Source: Zygnema circumcarinatum SAG 698-1b (taxonomy: Eukaryota > Plantae > Zygnematophyceae). Taken from it: a stretch of DNA of 64,000 bases. Both the position numbers and the translations under genes were made by a program. The stretch spans positions 2,762,880-2,826,879 of the forward strand of contig CM074810.1 in the NCBI GenBank assembly GCA_037447605.1, in the 5' to 3' direction. Shown here piece by piece: positions 39,951 through 53,388 of the stretch (positions are counted from its first letter, which is position 1; every line of letters begins with the position of its first letter). The notes under the pieces are model-generated. The model was not told where the DNA came from. It did no database searches and was given only the letters and a program-made list of their open reading frames with translations.

Positions 39951-41762
39951 GTACATGGCCCCGGAGTACGCACGAACGGGATTGGTCACATCCAGTGCCG
40001 ACGTGTACGCCCTCGGCCTCACCATATTGCAGCTACTCACGGGCGAACCAAGGATCCACAAAATCCATGGACTCCTCGAGGGCTGCGGGCCAGCTCAGCC
40101 GAAGCGCGAGTTGGAGAAGGCGACAGCTGTCTTCATGGCGAGGCTGGACCCGCGGGGAGGGGCGTGGGGGCGCGACCACACAGAGGCAGTTGTCCACGTG
40201 GCACTGCACTGCGTGGAGGAGGACAGGGCGGCTCGCCCGAGTCTTGAAAACGATGTTGTGCCTCGCTTGCAGAGGGCAGCGGAGAATGCAAAGGAGGGGG
40301 AGCAACTAGATTCAGCAGTATCAGCACAAACGCCTGCACCCGAAAACGATGGAAAAAAAATGAATGAGAGCAGTCCCCTGGAGGAACTTGAGGATAAAGC
40401 TGAGGAATTAGGCCCTGCCACGGTTCTCACCCAAGGTGATTTGAATGAAGTCGGGTCTCTTGTGAAGGAAGTGATGGCTGTGTGGGAGAATGTGAAGTCA
40501 CATCGAAAGAAAGGCAAGGTGCTGAGCGAGACCGTGAATATCGTGTACGAAGCGATGAAGAGTAGAAGTTACCAAGGGAGTGACTTGGTAACTGAAAAAC
40601 TTGCAATACGCCAGTTTCAGTCTACCATGAAGAGGGCAATCGCTGTTGCAGAAAAATGCAATCAGAGCACTACGTACCGACTCCTGTTTTCTAACAACAT
40701 TTCAGCTGAACTTCTACAAATACAAACTGAGTTGAACACCTTCCAGCTTCCTTCCTTTCTTCTGGTGGTGAGAGAAGCGGGGAAAGGCGGTCAACCACCT
40801 TCTCCGAGTCAAAAAACCAATCTACTAGACACTCAATCCGATCCAATTGCTGAGGTGCGTTCCGGGTCGGGCTTGGAGAAGCGCTGTGATGGCATTCTGT
40901 TAGTTTCCGGGAGGGGTTTGGAAGTTTATGCATGTGCAGATTCACCTGTCGCTGTCTGTGATTGACGTGCCTGCCGGGATAAAGGCTGCTTCGTCAACAG
41001 ATTGAGGAGAGATTTGAACCGTCCCCCAGTTAGGAAATTGTCTTCGAATGTTGCAAAGTACATATCAGACCCTGAGTCCCTATAGCCTGAAGTTTGTGTG
41101 TATTTGCATTCCTTATGATATTCGACATGCTGACTTGTGATTCCCCTCCTTGCCTTGACCGTCAGGTCGAAACCCTTAAACAAGAGATCAAGGATAAGGC
41201 TGAGGCGCAGTTCCGTGTAGCTGTGCAATACGCTAACGGAAATGGAGTCCCCAAAGACATGGAACAGGCCGTTCAGTTTTATAGGCGCGCTGCAGAGAAT
41301 GGCCATCGTGATGCCCAGTACTATTTAGGTTGGTGCTACGCGAATGGAGAAGGAGTCCCCAAAGACATGGAACAGGCCGTTCAGTTTTATAGGCGCGCTG
41401 CAGAGAATGGCCATCCTGAGGCCCAGTACAATTTAGGTTGGTGCTACGCGAATGGAGAAGGAGTCCCCAAAGACATGGAACAGGCCGTTCAGTTTTATAG
41501 GCGCGCTGCAGAGAATGGCCATCCTGAGGCCCAGTACAATTTAGGTTGGTGCTACGCGAATGGAGAAGGAGTCCCCAAAGACATGGAACAGGCCGTTCAG
41601 TTTTATAGGCGCGCTGTAGAGAATGGCAGTTATCACGCGCATGACAAGTTAGGTGACTGCTACAGGAAAGGAGAAGGAGTCCCCAAAGACATAGAAAAGG
41701 CCGTTCAGTTGTATAGGATGCAGGAATTTGCATGGTGCAGCGGCCAACCAATCCCGTGCTGA
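39951..41762 (+). pseudogene. Paralogue 4: kinase C-lobe only - four-helix-bundle-like domain - near-identical Sel1 repeats; no U-box (exons 39951-40767, 41166-41762; decayed last repeat to ~41950)
   Basis: The exon starts cag|G TAC ATG (phase 2) and is nearly identical to paralogue 2 kinase exon 2; no N-lobe exon was found upstream. The phase-0 intron lies in an equivalent position to that in the other paralogues. An out-of-frame remnant KDAQFNVGVCFL...GHLKAEST follows the stop. Confidence 0.75.
41247..41720 (+). repeat. 108-bp near-perfect coding tandem repeat (Sel1 unit), ~4.4 copies
   Basis: GTCCCCAAAGACATGGAACAGGCCGTTCAGTTTTATAGGCGCGCTGCAGAGAATGGCCAT... recurs every 108 nt. Confidence 0.95.
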
Positions 41763-44700
41763 GGCTGCAAATATGTTTCGGAGACTAACAGTGGTGACAG
41801 GGGATCAAGGACGCTCAGTTTAACGTGGGAGTGTGCTTTTTGGACGAACGAGGCATGACGAAAAACGTGGAAAGAGTGAGAGAGTATATGCAGAGGGCGG
41901 CGGGTCAAGGCCACTTGAAGGCGGAGTCCACTCCGGCGTTGATCGATAAGCCCTTTTGGAGGTGGTGTATTCAGATTGTGTTTTAGGGCAGGCTTGAAGA
42001 AAGAGTGAGGGTTTTTATCGTCGCTGAATGTGAAGTCCCTGTAGGGGCATACCTTGATAAAGTCACAAGGAATTTTACCATTATTTATTTATAATATAAC
42101 TGAATGTTGGGCTTTGCCCGCTAGCCAGGCTAAGACTTAGACGTAGTGGGAGGAGGTGAGGTAAGGTCAGAGCTTCGAGGCTCGTGACTTTATCAAGGTT
42201 GTCGAGCGTGGTGTTTACTTTACAAAGTGACCCTACCAAATGGTCGACTGCTCTGGAAAAATATATAAAAAAATGTGGGTAATTGCATTCGCTTTCCATC
42301 ACTTTCCGTCCACGCTCAAAATTGTCAGTCAGATTCAGTTCCACTTCCAGTCCTGATTCAGTTCAGTTTCACTTCCTCTTGCACTTTCAATGAAACATTC
42401 AATTTATTTCATGAGTGTTGTCTGAGTCCCTTTCCCGTTTCTGAGAAGCCNNNNNNNNNNNNNNNNNNNNNNNNNNNNNNNNNNNNNNNNNNNNNNNNNN
42501 NNNNNNNNNNNNNNNNNNNNNNNNNNNNNNNNNNNNNNNNNNNNNNNNNNTCGCACGCGCGCGGCCTGCTTCAGACCTCGCTGATCGCCGCCGCGACTTC
42601 TCCAAACGCCGCTCGCGAACTGCCGCTGGGCCCTCGTGACTAAATGGGCCAAGCCGCCAAGGCGCTGGAGTCCGCTTGTCGTTGTGTCGGTTGCTGTCAC
42701 GGGCGGAAGTGGGCGCCAAGGAAGTCTGAAATAACCATGGCGACGCCACGTTGACGCGATTTCCGGCCAAGATTTTCTTCGCGACGCCCATTTCTTTTGC
42801 GCAACAAAATCGCATGGGTTAGGCGTTCTTTTAGTAAACCCCACGGTCAATCTTCGCAACGTTGACCCGTTGACTTAGCACAGTTGACTTCCGTTCGGTT
42901 CGGCTTCTAGGTTCGGGGCACGAAGGATTTTAGTACTTAGTAACCTCGATTCTCGTAAAACTAAAAACTCGATATTCGTAACATTTTGTTAAGTCTGACA
43001 CGCCCTAGTGACACAAATACGTTGGGATCGATATGGTCACTACAACGCGAGTACACTGTAGACTGTACGGACAACAAAAGTCTGACACTTGCTCGCTAAT
43101 TCACAAAGTTCGGACGCACTATGAACTTCCGTAATTGGCATCGTTTCGCTAACCGCCATTCGCGACGGTATCAAAATTTTCTTAGACCGCCGCATCATGC
43201 TGACCTGGATTAGAATGAGGAGATAATGGGGAGCGGGTATCAATCTTCACGAATATGCGGTCAAAGTCAGCACGGGAAACCACGGGAGTTGGCTATCGCT
43301 ATCAATCACTAGTCAATCAATCTATCAATCCATCAAAAGTCTCCATCAATTTTCTTGTCGCTATTCGCTAATCGTGATGACTAGAATACGCAGACCTCAC
43401 CTTTCCGTGTTGACCAACCGAACTGTACCGCCACACGGTACGGAGCGGGCTCCGGCGCGGTACAGTAGTGGCCCCCTCTCTCTCTCTCTCTCACTCTTGC
43501 TCCTATTGGTGCCGTACATTTAGTTACACGAGCTCCTTGTTGTTCCTCACATATACCGTACGATTTTGAAATTGGAAAATTGTGTTCTCACACCTTTTTT
43601 GTCTACACACAGACCTTTTTTCACCGGGCAGGTTCTATTTAAAAAAAAAAGGATTAAAAACGAAAATGATTTTTTTACACCTTTTTTGTCTATACACACT
43701 CCATTTTCCGTCGGGCAGATTTGATTTTAGAACCAAAAGGTTTTTAAACCCTAAAAACGCATTATAATTCCACAAGCATTGCCAGACACATCCGGACAAT
43801 CATCAGACATTGCGGCATTGAGGGATGTTTAACTTTGCGACCTCTTTGAGCCTCTTCGTCTCTTTGACCCAATACGAGAAGTGTTTGCTGGCCTGTAACG
43901 TTTACTTGCCATTCAAACAATGAAAAAATGCTAAAATTTGTGCTTTCTCCCTTTTTTTTTCACCGAAAATCGATGACCGAGNNNNNNNNNNCCAAGTAAT
44001 GAGGAGTCAGATCCTACGGTGGAGGACGCGGATGGAGATAAGGCTAAGGCGGATCTGACGGCAATGATGTGTTGGATCCGTGCAAGCCTACGAGGATCCG
44101 ACGGCGCGAGATTAGGATTGGGATAAGGGTCTTGCAAGGCGTTGCATGTGCGGCTGTGACGTGACAATGTCACTAATGGCGCCATATTGTATTTAAGGCT
44201 TAGATTGTTTGGTAGAATTAACCTTCTCGTGACTCACAGTGGGGTGAGGCTATCTTGCTTAGGGCCTAGGAGATAGAGGGAAGAGTTCAGCTTGTAGTGG
44301 GTGGTTTATTCACGTAGCTTGAGAGGAGGTGCTTGAAGCTTGGCGTTAGTGTTGTCAAGTTGTATTCCAACTTTATCTTAAGGAGTTTTAGGCTGGTGGC
44401 TTTCTCCTTACATTTTCATATTTCCGCTGAGTTGTTCTCTTGCATTTAGTGTGCTTTGTGTGATTGAGCAATTCATTGAAGATGTCGAGTTCTACCCAGG
44501 GTAGAGGAGAAGTGGCAGCTGTTGGTGCAGTGACTCCTCCATTGCTGCCGGCTTCTCCACTCGCATCACCTTCCATCGGAGTTCGCGTTCCAATCGATGA
44601 TGACATTTCCCAAACTCTCACTTGCACTCATAGCCCATTTTACTCACAGAGTGAACCTCACAGAATATGCACAGCGGAATAACAGAGAGAAAAGGATAGG

Positions 44701-45018
44701 AGAAAGCTCTCGGCTCTAAAACTCCTTAATAATAAATTTATCAACACAATTGAGAGACCCCCTCTCAAATAGCCCAATAAACTCAAAAGCCCACTACCTC
44801 GCAGCACGAGCAAGTGTAGTGTTAAGCAACACGAGCAACAGCTTCTCAGAGTCTACAATAGCTACGTTGATAATCCAGAAGTTGAAGATTAATAACCAAA
44901 CAAAACAACACACTATATACTATGTCACAACATCCGTGACACTACCATGCTACGAAGCCCACAACATCGGCTAGCGGCCCGCAAGGGCCCTATCCCGATC
45001 CTCATCCTNNNNNNNNNN

Positions 45019-47635
45019 GGAAATCAAGGCTCTCAGGGAATTGAACTTTACCACTGGAGCGAACGTCTCCATGTAGTCAATCCCATACTGCTGGCCGTAT
45101 CCTTTCGCCACTAACCGCGCCTTGTACCTATCCACGCTTCCGTCTGCCTTCCTCTTGACTTTGAAGACCCATTTGCAGCCGATAGCTCGCCTCCCTTGAG
45201 GCAGCTCCTCCAATCTCCACGTGCCGTTCTCGATCAGGCTGTCCCATTCGCTATCAATCGCAACCCGCCACTTATCGCCATCGACTCCGTCGTGCGCCTC
45301 CTCAAAGGTCTGTGGCTCGGTAATCATGAAACAGTGGGCAACTCCCACAAGGTCAGCTGAATCTGATGGCACTCTCTCTTGGATCAGATTGGTACCAGGC
45401 GAAAACCGATCTGGTCGCCTCGTGTCTTAGCCGCTCCTCCGGACTGTCTTCGCACTTCGTCCTCTCAGGTAGAAGTAGAGTCCGGGAACAAAACCTGGGG
45501 GCATGTTCGCTATCATTGCCTCCCTCTCGGCCGCTTCAAGATCCTCTGAATCTTGCGCGTGAAGCGGGACCGTCTCCACTGAGTTCTCCTCTTCACCACT
45601 GGAGTGAGTGTGAAGGGGAATCGTCTCCGCTGAACTGTGCGGCTCCTCCGCATGCGCCTCCTCGGGCGTCACTCTAACATCAGCCGACTCGCTCGTTGCT
45701 GCCGCTGGCTTAGCTCCTTCATTCGTCGACGTGCTGGCATCCTGCACAGCACCACCCTTCTCTCCAACTGTCTCTCCCTCCTCGTACACGATCTCGAGGT
45801 CGGTCTTTGACGGAGGTAAGAATCTGAGAACACGCTCAACCGCACTATCTTCATCAACTGTAATGTCTCTCGTCTGGAGAACTTCCTTCAGTCGAGGGTT
45901 CCAAACCCTGTAGGTGCGGCTGCTGGTGTTGTAGCCGAGCACGTAGCCCTCCACGGCTCGGGGGTCGAATTTCTTCTTCTGTCGCGCCTTGGGCAGTGCA
46001 GCCCAGCATCGCGCGCCAAAGGTCCTCAGGTGGGAAACTGTGGGCTTCCTCCCACTCCACATCTGCTCAGGGACCTGGTCTTTCAGAACAGAAGACGGAC
46101 ATCTGTTCCTAATGTAAGCAGCCGTAGAAACTGCTTCTCCCCAAAAGGAAGCCGGAAAGGGGGAATCAATCAACATGGTCCTGGCCATGTCCCCCAATGT
46201 CCTATTCACACGTTCAGCTGCTCCATTACTCTGTGGGGAATAGGGGGCTGAGAATTCATGCCTTATACCGCGGTTCTTCAGAAACGCCGCGAATTCCTTC
46301 GATTTGAACTCGCCACCATTGTCCGAACGGAAAGCCTTCAGCTTCAGTCCCGTCTCTGTCTCCGCCTGGTTCAGCCAGTCTCGAAAGGCTCCGAAAGCCT
46401 CTGACTTGTTCTTCAGGAGTGTAATCCAAATCTTCCTCGAATAGTCGTCAAGGAAGGTGACGAAGTACCTCGCTCCGCCACTGGTCGCCGGTGTAACTGG
46501 GCCACACAAGTCAGAATGTACCAATTCCAACTTTTCTCGCGCTCGATAGGACTCGTCTCCACTCCTCACGAATGGTCTCTTGTGCGCCTTGCCCTCCACG
46601 CATTCTCGGCAAACCCCCAACTCCTTCTCCACTACACCCGGGTCTAGCCCACGGACTAGCCCCCTCTCAGCCAACAGCTTCATGCCTCTGTGGTGTAAGT
46701 GACCAAGTCTACAATGCCATACATCTACGGCATTCTCTGAAACTGCATTCACCTCCTCATGATTCTCCCTCTTATAATCAAGATAATACAGCCCTCCTCT
46801 CTCATAACCCCTGAACAGCTGTCTCCCAGTTTCTGAATGGATAGCCACGCATGACTTCTCCTTAAACAGAACACTGTATCCCTTCTTGCACACTTGGCTC
46901 ACAGGCATAAAATTCTGCATGAGGCCAGGGGTGTGAAGAACATCACCAATGTGCAGTTTCTCCTGAACATTGTCTTCATTGATGACTGAGCCGTCTCCGA
47001 GAACCATCCTCACGGCTCCACCTCTCGTCACGGTGACTCCTTCACCGGTTGCTGAATGAACTGAGCGAGTCTGCTCCAAGGTGTTGAGCTTGGAGAACAT
47101 CGATGTGTCCCCGCACATATGTGTGGATGCGCCGGAGTCAATCGGCCACGGCCGCTTCAGGTCCTCTGCCTGAATCCTTCCCACAAAATTGTGCTCAGTA
47201 TTCTCAGCNNNNNNNNNNCACTTCCACATAGCATGAGAGGTTTTCAGATCATACAGCATAGAGGATGGACTTCCTCTTACGCTCATAACAATCTGCGTCA
47301 GGGCTTTGTTGTCCTTGGCCTTCCATCGTGCGAGCGCCACGTCGTGCTCCGACTGCTGCTCCGCTGAGGCTCCAACCGGTAACTCCGGCGCCTTGATGCT
47401 GCCATCAACGTACCCAAGCAACCCTTTGCCCACAAGCAAAGGCACCAACCTCCATCTCCACGCTTTGTAATCCTGCCCATCGAACGCCGGTATGCTGAAC
47501 TTGACGTGGTCCTCCGAGTCTCCATGAGCTCTGATACCACTTGTTGGTGGAGGGACTCCTCCACTGCTGCCGGCTTCTCCACTCGCATCACCTTCCATCG
47601 GAGTTCGCGTTCCAATCGATGATGACATTTCCCAA
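45019..47635 (-). mobile_element. Second D-family internal copy (D2): LTR end, PBS, gag, protease, integrase, RT start
   Basis: SGIRAHGDSEDHVKFSIPAFDG, WPIDSGASTH, HCRLGH..CRECVEG, ELVHSDLCGP..DDYSR..RSDNGGEF..QSNGAAER, WVFKVK..YKARLVAKG. It is bounded by 10-N gaps. Confidence 0.85.
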
Positions 47636-50405
47636 NNNNNNNNNNATCCCAACGAACATGATGTCTGCCCCCTCTCCTTGACGGTACACTGAATGATCTG
47701 TCTCAAACCGAGCACAGTCATTCCTCCTCAAAAGATCGTCAATCTTTTCGTACCACACTCTCGGCGCCTGCTTCAAGCCGTACAGGCTCTTCACGAGTCG
47801 ACAGACTAGGTGTTCCTTCCCGGGAACCACCTTCCCCTCCGGCTGCTCCATGTAGATCTCTTCCGTTAGATCTCCATACAGAAATGCCGTCTTGATGTCC
47901 AATTGATGGACATGCATTCCTTCAGCCGCTGCAATGGAAATCAAGGCTCTCAGGGAGTTGAACTTTACCACTGGAGCAAACGTCTCCATGTAGTCAATCC
48001 CATACTGCTGGCCGTATCCTTTCGCCACTAAACGCGCCTTGTACCTATCCACGCTTCCGTCTGCCTTCCTCTTCACTTTGAAGACCCACTTGCAGCCGAT
48101 TGCTCGCCTCCCTCGAGGCAGCTCCTCCAATCTCCACGTGCCGTTCTCGATCAAGCTGTCCCATTCGCTGTCAATCACCACCCGCCACTTATCGCCATCG
48201 ACTCCGTCGTGCGCCTCCTCAAAGGTCTGTGGCTCGGTAATCATGAAACAATGGGCAACTCCCACAAGATCAGCTGAATCTGATGGCACTCTCTCTTGGA
48301 TCAGATTGGTACCAGGCAAAAATCGATCTGGTCGCCTCGTGTCTCGGCCGCTCCTCCGGACTGTCTTCGCACTTCGGCCTCTCGGGTAGAAATAGAGTCC
48401 GGGAACAAATCCTAGGGGCATGTTCGCTAACATTGCCTCCCTCTCGGCCGCTTCAAGATCCTCTGAATCTTGCGCGTGAAGCGGGACCGTCTCCACTGAG
48501 TTCTCCTCTTCACCACTGGAGTGAGTGTGAAGGGGAATCGTCTCTACTGAACTTTGCGGCTCCTCCGCATGCGCCTCCACGGGCGTCTCTCTATCATCAG
48601 CCGGCTCGCTTGTCGCTGCCGCTGGCTCGGCTCCTTCATTTGCCGACGTGCTGGCACCCTGCACAGCACCACCCTTCTCTCCAACTGTCTCTCCCTCCTC
48701 GTACACGATCTCAAGGTCGGTCTTCGACGGAGGTAAGATCTGAGAGTCTGCAACACGCTCAACCGCACTATCTTCATCAACTGTAATGTCTCTCGTCTGG
48801 AGAACTTCCTTCAGTCGAGGGTTCCAAACCCTGTAGGTGCGGCTGCTGGTGTTGTAGCCGAGCACGTAGCCCTCCACGGCTCGAGGGTCGAATTTCTTCT
48901 TCGCCGCTGCCTTGGGCAAAGGTGTTCTCAAAGATCGCGCTGGCCAGTGTCCTCGCCAGTGGGGAAACCGTGGGGCTTCTCCCTACCTACATCCGCCAGT
49001 GGACCTTCGGGTTCTGCCAAGATGAGGTTGTTTCAAACGCTACCTGCGTACCGAATCCTTTTTGTGACCTTCTTCTGTACTAAACAAGTGCCGCTAACGC
49101 CTTCTTCTCCTTCTTGCCGGATGAAGTTGCGTTTCCTCCCTTCTCAGGACTGCCCTTGTTCTTGAAACAGTCGCTGGAGTAGTGGCCGGTCTTGCCACAT
49201 GTGAAGCATGTCACATTCGAGCGTTCTCCTCGGGCTGACTTGAAGCCTCCTCCTCTTATTCGGTCGAGGGTGATGCAGCCTTACGACACCTTCTCTTCTT
49301 GAAGCGTAGGCAATGCGAGATCGAATCACTCCTCCTTTATCCTAAACGCCCCGCTTTGTTTCGCGTCATAGAAATATTAGTGAGAGCGTCCTCAAAATTT
49401 TGCTTGAAACTTCGAATCTCAGGGCAAACCCCCTAAGCTGGCTTATCTTATGAGTGCGCATCTAGTTTCCTAAGGCTATGAACCTCTCCATCAATGCATC
49501 AAATCTGACCATATAAGCTTCTAGTTTCTCCTCTGAAGTCATCTTCATCTTGCCTAGCTGAGTGTAAAGACTGACTATAGTCACATTGTCTTTCACATCA
49601 TACATCTCCTCTAGACACTTCCACATAGCATGAGAGGTTTTCAGATCATACAGCATAGAGGATGGACTTCCTCTTACGCTCATAACAATCTGCGTCAGGG
49701 CTTTGTTGTCCTTGGCCTTCCATCGTGCGAGCGCCACGTCGTGCTCCGACTGCTGCTCCGCTGAGGCTCCAACCGGTAACTCCGGCGCCTTGATGCTGCC
49801 ATCAACGTACCCAAGCAACCCTTTGCCCACAAGCAAAGGCACCAACCTCCATCTCCATGCCTTGTAATCCTGCCCATCAAACGCCGGTATGCTGAACTTG
49901 TTGTACAGCGCTAGAGACCGTACAACTAATGGGACATAGACTCTCTAGGGCATGAAGGACTTGGGACTTAGGCGCGGACGCCAAGCGACAAGGATGGTCG
50001 CGCGGGCGCGGATGCAAAAAGTCCTAAGTTAAATCATGGGACCGTGATGTGACGAACCGAAACATCATTCAGGTGTACGGACGACGTCGAAGCGCGACGC
50101 GACTAAGGAGCGCGAAGCGCGAAATGTGAACGGAGGCGCGANNNNNNNNNNNNNNNNNNNNNNNNNNNNNNNNNNNNNNNNNNNNNNNNNNNNNNNNNNN
50201 NNNNNNNNNNNNNNNNNNNNNNNNNNNNNNNNNNNNNNNNNNNNNNNNNNNNNNNNNNNNNNNNNNNNNNNNNNNNNNNNNNNNNNNNNNNNNNNNNNNN
50301 NNNNNNNNNNNNNNNNNNNNNNNNNNNNNNNNNNNNNNNNNNNNNNNNNNNNNNNNNNNNNNNNNNNNNNNNNNNNNNNNNNNNNNNNNNNNNNNNNNNN
50401 NNNNN

Positions 50406-52870
50406 GAAGCATCGCGCGTCCAAGCAGCTGGAGTTGGTTCACAGCGATCTATGCGGACCAATCACTCCCGAGTCAAAAGGCGGTTCAAGGTATTTCATCA
50501 CCTTCCTTGATGATTATTCCAGGAAGATATGGGTAGTACTGCTGAAATTTAAGAGTGAGGCGTTTGAGACCTTTCAGACCTGGCAGTTAGAGGTAGAAAG
50601 GCAGACCGGAGAGAAGGTGCAGAGGATCCGAACGGACAATGGAGGTGAATACAGGTCCCTCAAATTCTCTGGCTACCTCAAGTCACTCGAGATTCGACAC
50701 GAGTTCACCGCTCCCTACAGCCCGCAAAGCAACGGCGCGGCTGAGAGGGTGAACCAAACCCTCGGTGACATGGCGCGAGCCATGCTGAGTGAGTCCCCCT
50801 TCACCCTCGATTTTTGGGGAGAAGCAATACTCACGGTAGCTTACATCCGGAACAGGTGTCCTTCCAGTGCCCTGAAAGATGAGAAGAAAGTACCCGAAGA
50901 AATGTGGAGTGGCAATAAGCCTATAGTTCAGCACTTAAGAGTCTAGGGCTCGAAGTGCTGGATAGCGGTTCCAAAGGTAAAGCTAGATACAAAGTTCAGC
51001 CCAAGAAGCGAGTTCGGCTACTTCCTCGGCTACAACGCCGACAGCTTGACCTACAGGGTCTGGAACCCCTCCACGCAGAAGGTTATGTCAAGCCGTGACC
51101 TTCAAGTCGACGAGAATTCCAAGGGGGAGCAGCAGATGCGAACAGGTGTGGAGCCACCTCCCGTCATTGAGTTCCTTCCAGTAAGGGACATCTTTGGGAG
51201 TGAGTCTACTTCACCCCCTACCACTGCCCCCTTGTTTCAACGACATCGGAGTCGCAAGAAGAATTCGCACGGCGCCCGAAGGCGCCGCATGATCCCTCCC
51301 CGACACCTCAAGAGGAGCTGCACGGAGGAGAAGAGCCAGAAGACGACGATTTTGACCAGGAGTCCACGGAGGAAGAAGCGATTGAGGCACCGGCACCACG
51401 CACCTGGATCCCGCGCCACGGTATGGATCCACCCTTGTATGCCAATGCAAAGGGGTTCACTCCGAACTACGGCGACAAGCCACCCTACAGAGATAGGCAA
51501 CAACCGAAATGGTTCGGTAGAGGAGGACCAGCAAGGAAGCCGACGAGAAGGAGAGAGGAACCTGAAGAGAGGGTTCCCTTAGACTCCGCCGATTTTGCGG
51601 GAATGGCGATCTGCCTCATGGCACACGAAGGGGAGCCGCAAACGTACTCCGAAGCGTTGGAGTGCGCAGATGCGGCCAAGTGGAAGGTGGCCATCAAGAG
51701 TGAACTCGACAGCCTCAAGGAGAACGGGACGTGGCGGCTGGNNNNNNNNNNCTGCAGGCTTGTGAAGAGCCTCTACGGGCTCAAACAAGCTCCAAGGATC
51801 TGGTATCAAAAGATACACGAACTGCTCTTGAAGAATGGCTTCACCCGCTTCCAAGCAGACCACTCGGTCTACAAGAAGGGAGAAGGAGCGGCTCAGATGT
51901 TCGTCGGCATCTACGTCGATGACTTGATCATCGTGAGCGCCTCAATGGTGAGCATTCAGGGTCTTAAGGACCTGCTGAAAAAGAGTTTTCAGATGAGTGA
52001 TCTTGGACCTGCGGAGTACCTCTTAGGAATTCAGCTTAAGAGGGGGAAGGATGGCAGCATGTTCCTAAGCCAGGAGAAGTACGCTAGGGAGGTGCTAGCG
52101 CGCTTCAGAATGGAGAAGTGTACCCCATGCTCCCCCCCCATGGACGGGAGCACGCAGCTTAGCGCGGACATGAGCCCGCGGACGGCAGCGGGGGAAAAGG
52201 AGATGGAGAAGATTCCGTACAGGTCTGCGATCGGCAGCCTGATGTACCTCATGGTGGGAACGCGACCAGATCTCGCCAAGGCCGTGAGTACGGCCAGCAG
52301 GTACATGGAGAATCCAGGGGTACAACATTGGGAAGCGGTTAAGAGGATCTTTCGATACCTCAAAGGTACGCTTCATTATGGCATCCGATTCGAGAGGGGG
52401 AGCGGCAGCGAAGTGTACGGATACACCGACGCTGATTGGGGAGGTGACCCGGATACGGCCAGATGGACATCTGGATACGCGTTTCTGAACGCGGGCGGCG
52501 TCATTTCTTGGAGTTCGAAATTGCACGAAACGGTAGCGTTATCTTCTACCGAATCTGAGTACATGGCCGCGTGTCACGCAGCCAGGGAGGCCGTGTGGAT
52601 CGCGCTCTTCTTTGATGAGTGTGACTGACCACAACTCCCAGTGCAGATTCTGTCGGACAACCAATCTTCGATCGCGCTCATTGAGAACCCGGTATTTCAT
52701 CGGAAGAGCAAGCATATCAAGATCTAGTATCACTTCACGAGAGAGTTAGTGGATGCTGGAGAGATCGCGGTGTCATTTGTACGCACGGCTGACATGGGCG
52801 CAGATATGCTGACGAAGGGAGTCACGGGACTGACAATGTGGAGGAACAATCACCTCCTCGGATTGGGACC
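50406..52870 (+). pseudogene. Element A integrase - RT - RNase H, with premature stops
   Basis: ELVHSDLCGP, RTDNGGEY, YVDDLII, YRSAIGSLMYL, GYTDADWGG, WSSKLHETVALSSTESEYMA; stops at ~50944, ~52626 and in KHIKI*Y. Confidence 0.9.
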
Positions 52871-53388
52871 CTATCGTGCCTAGCCCCAAGAGGGGGATTG
52901 TTGTACAGCGCTAGAGACCGTACAACTAATGGGACATAGACTCTCTAGGGCATGAAGGACTTGGGNNNNNNNNNNCATTAGAACGTGGAGGAGTAGTGCA
53001 ACGCTTAGTACTTAAGTAGAGTTAGGCTTAGGTAATAGATATTCTAATACAGCCGCAGCTTAGCTCGTGTTGCTAAGTGCGGTTGCCTGGCTGTATGGGC
53101 AGCAGGGGGTCGGGAGTTAGTCAGAGCTGAAGTAGAAGCCTGAGGGCTGAAACTTGTGCTTGTAACTTCCTTTACTTTATTAAGGAGTTTTGAGGCCGGG
53201 TGCTTTCTCCTTACATTTCCTTACGGTGTTTTTTGCTCGTTTGATTTCAGTTATCTTTCAGTGTGTGCACTTGAGAGCTTTCCTTGACTCAGATTGCAAA
53301 CATGGCAGTGAGTGAAGTGAGTGAGACGGACCGGGCCTTAATTTACAACAGTGGTATCAGAGCAACCTCCGAGGAGGAACCCAGGTTC

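Noticed and set aside
38139-41720. CRISPR-like appearance of the 15-bp, 33-bp and 108-bp repeats
   Set aside because: There are no unique spacers and no cas genes, and the context is eukaryotic; these are plain tandem repeats.
42081-43767. Short ORFs and small hairpins between paralogue 4 and the LTR nest
   Set aside because: No recognisable domain, TIR/TSD or RNA-gene signature.
53352-53363. tRNA-like TGGTATCAGAGC motifs
   Set aside because: They are primer-binding sites complementary to the initiator tRNA-Met 3' end, not tRNA genes. No cloverleaf was found in the window.
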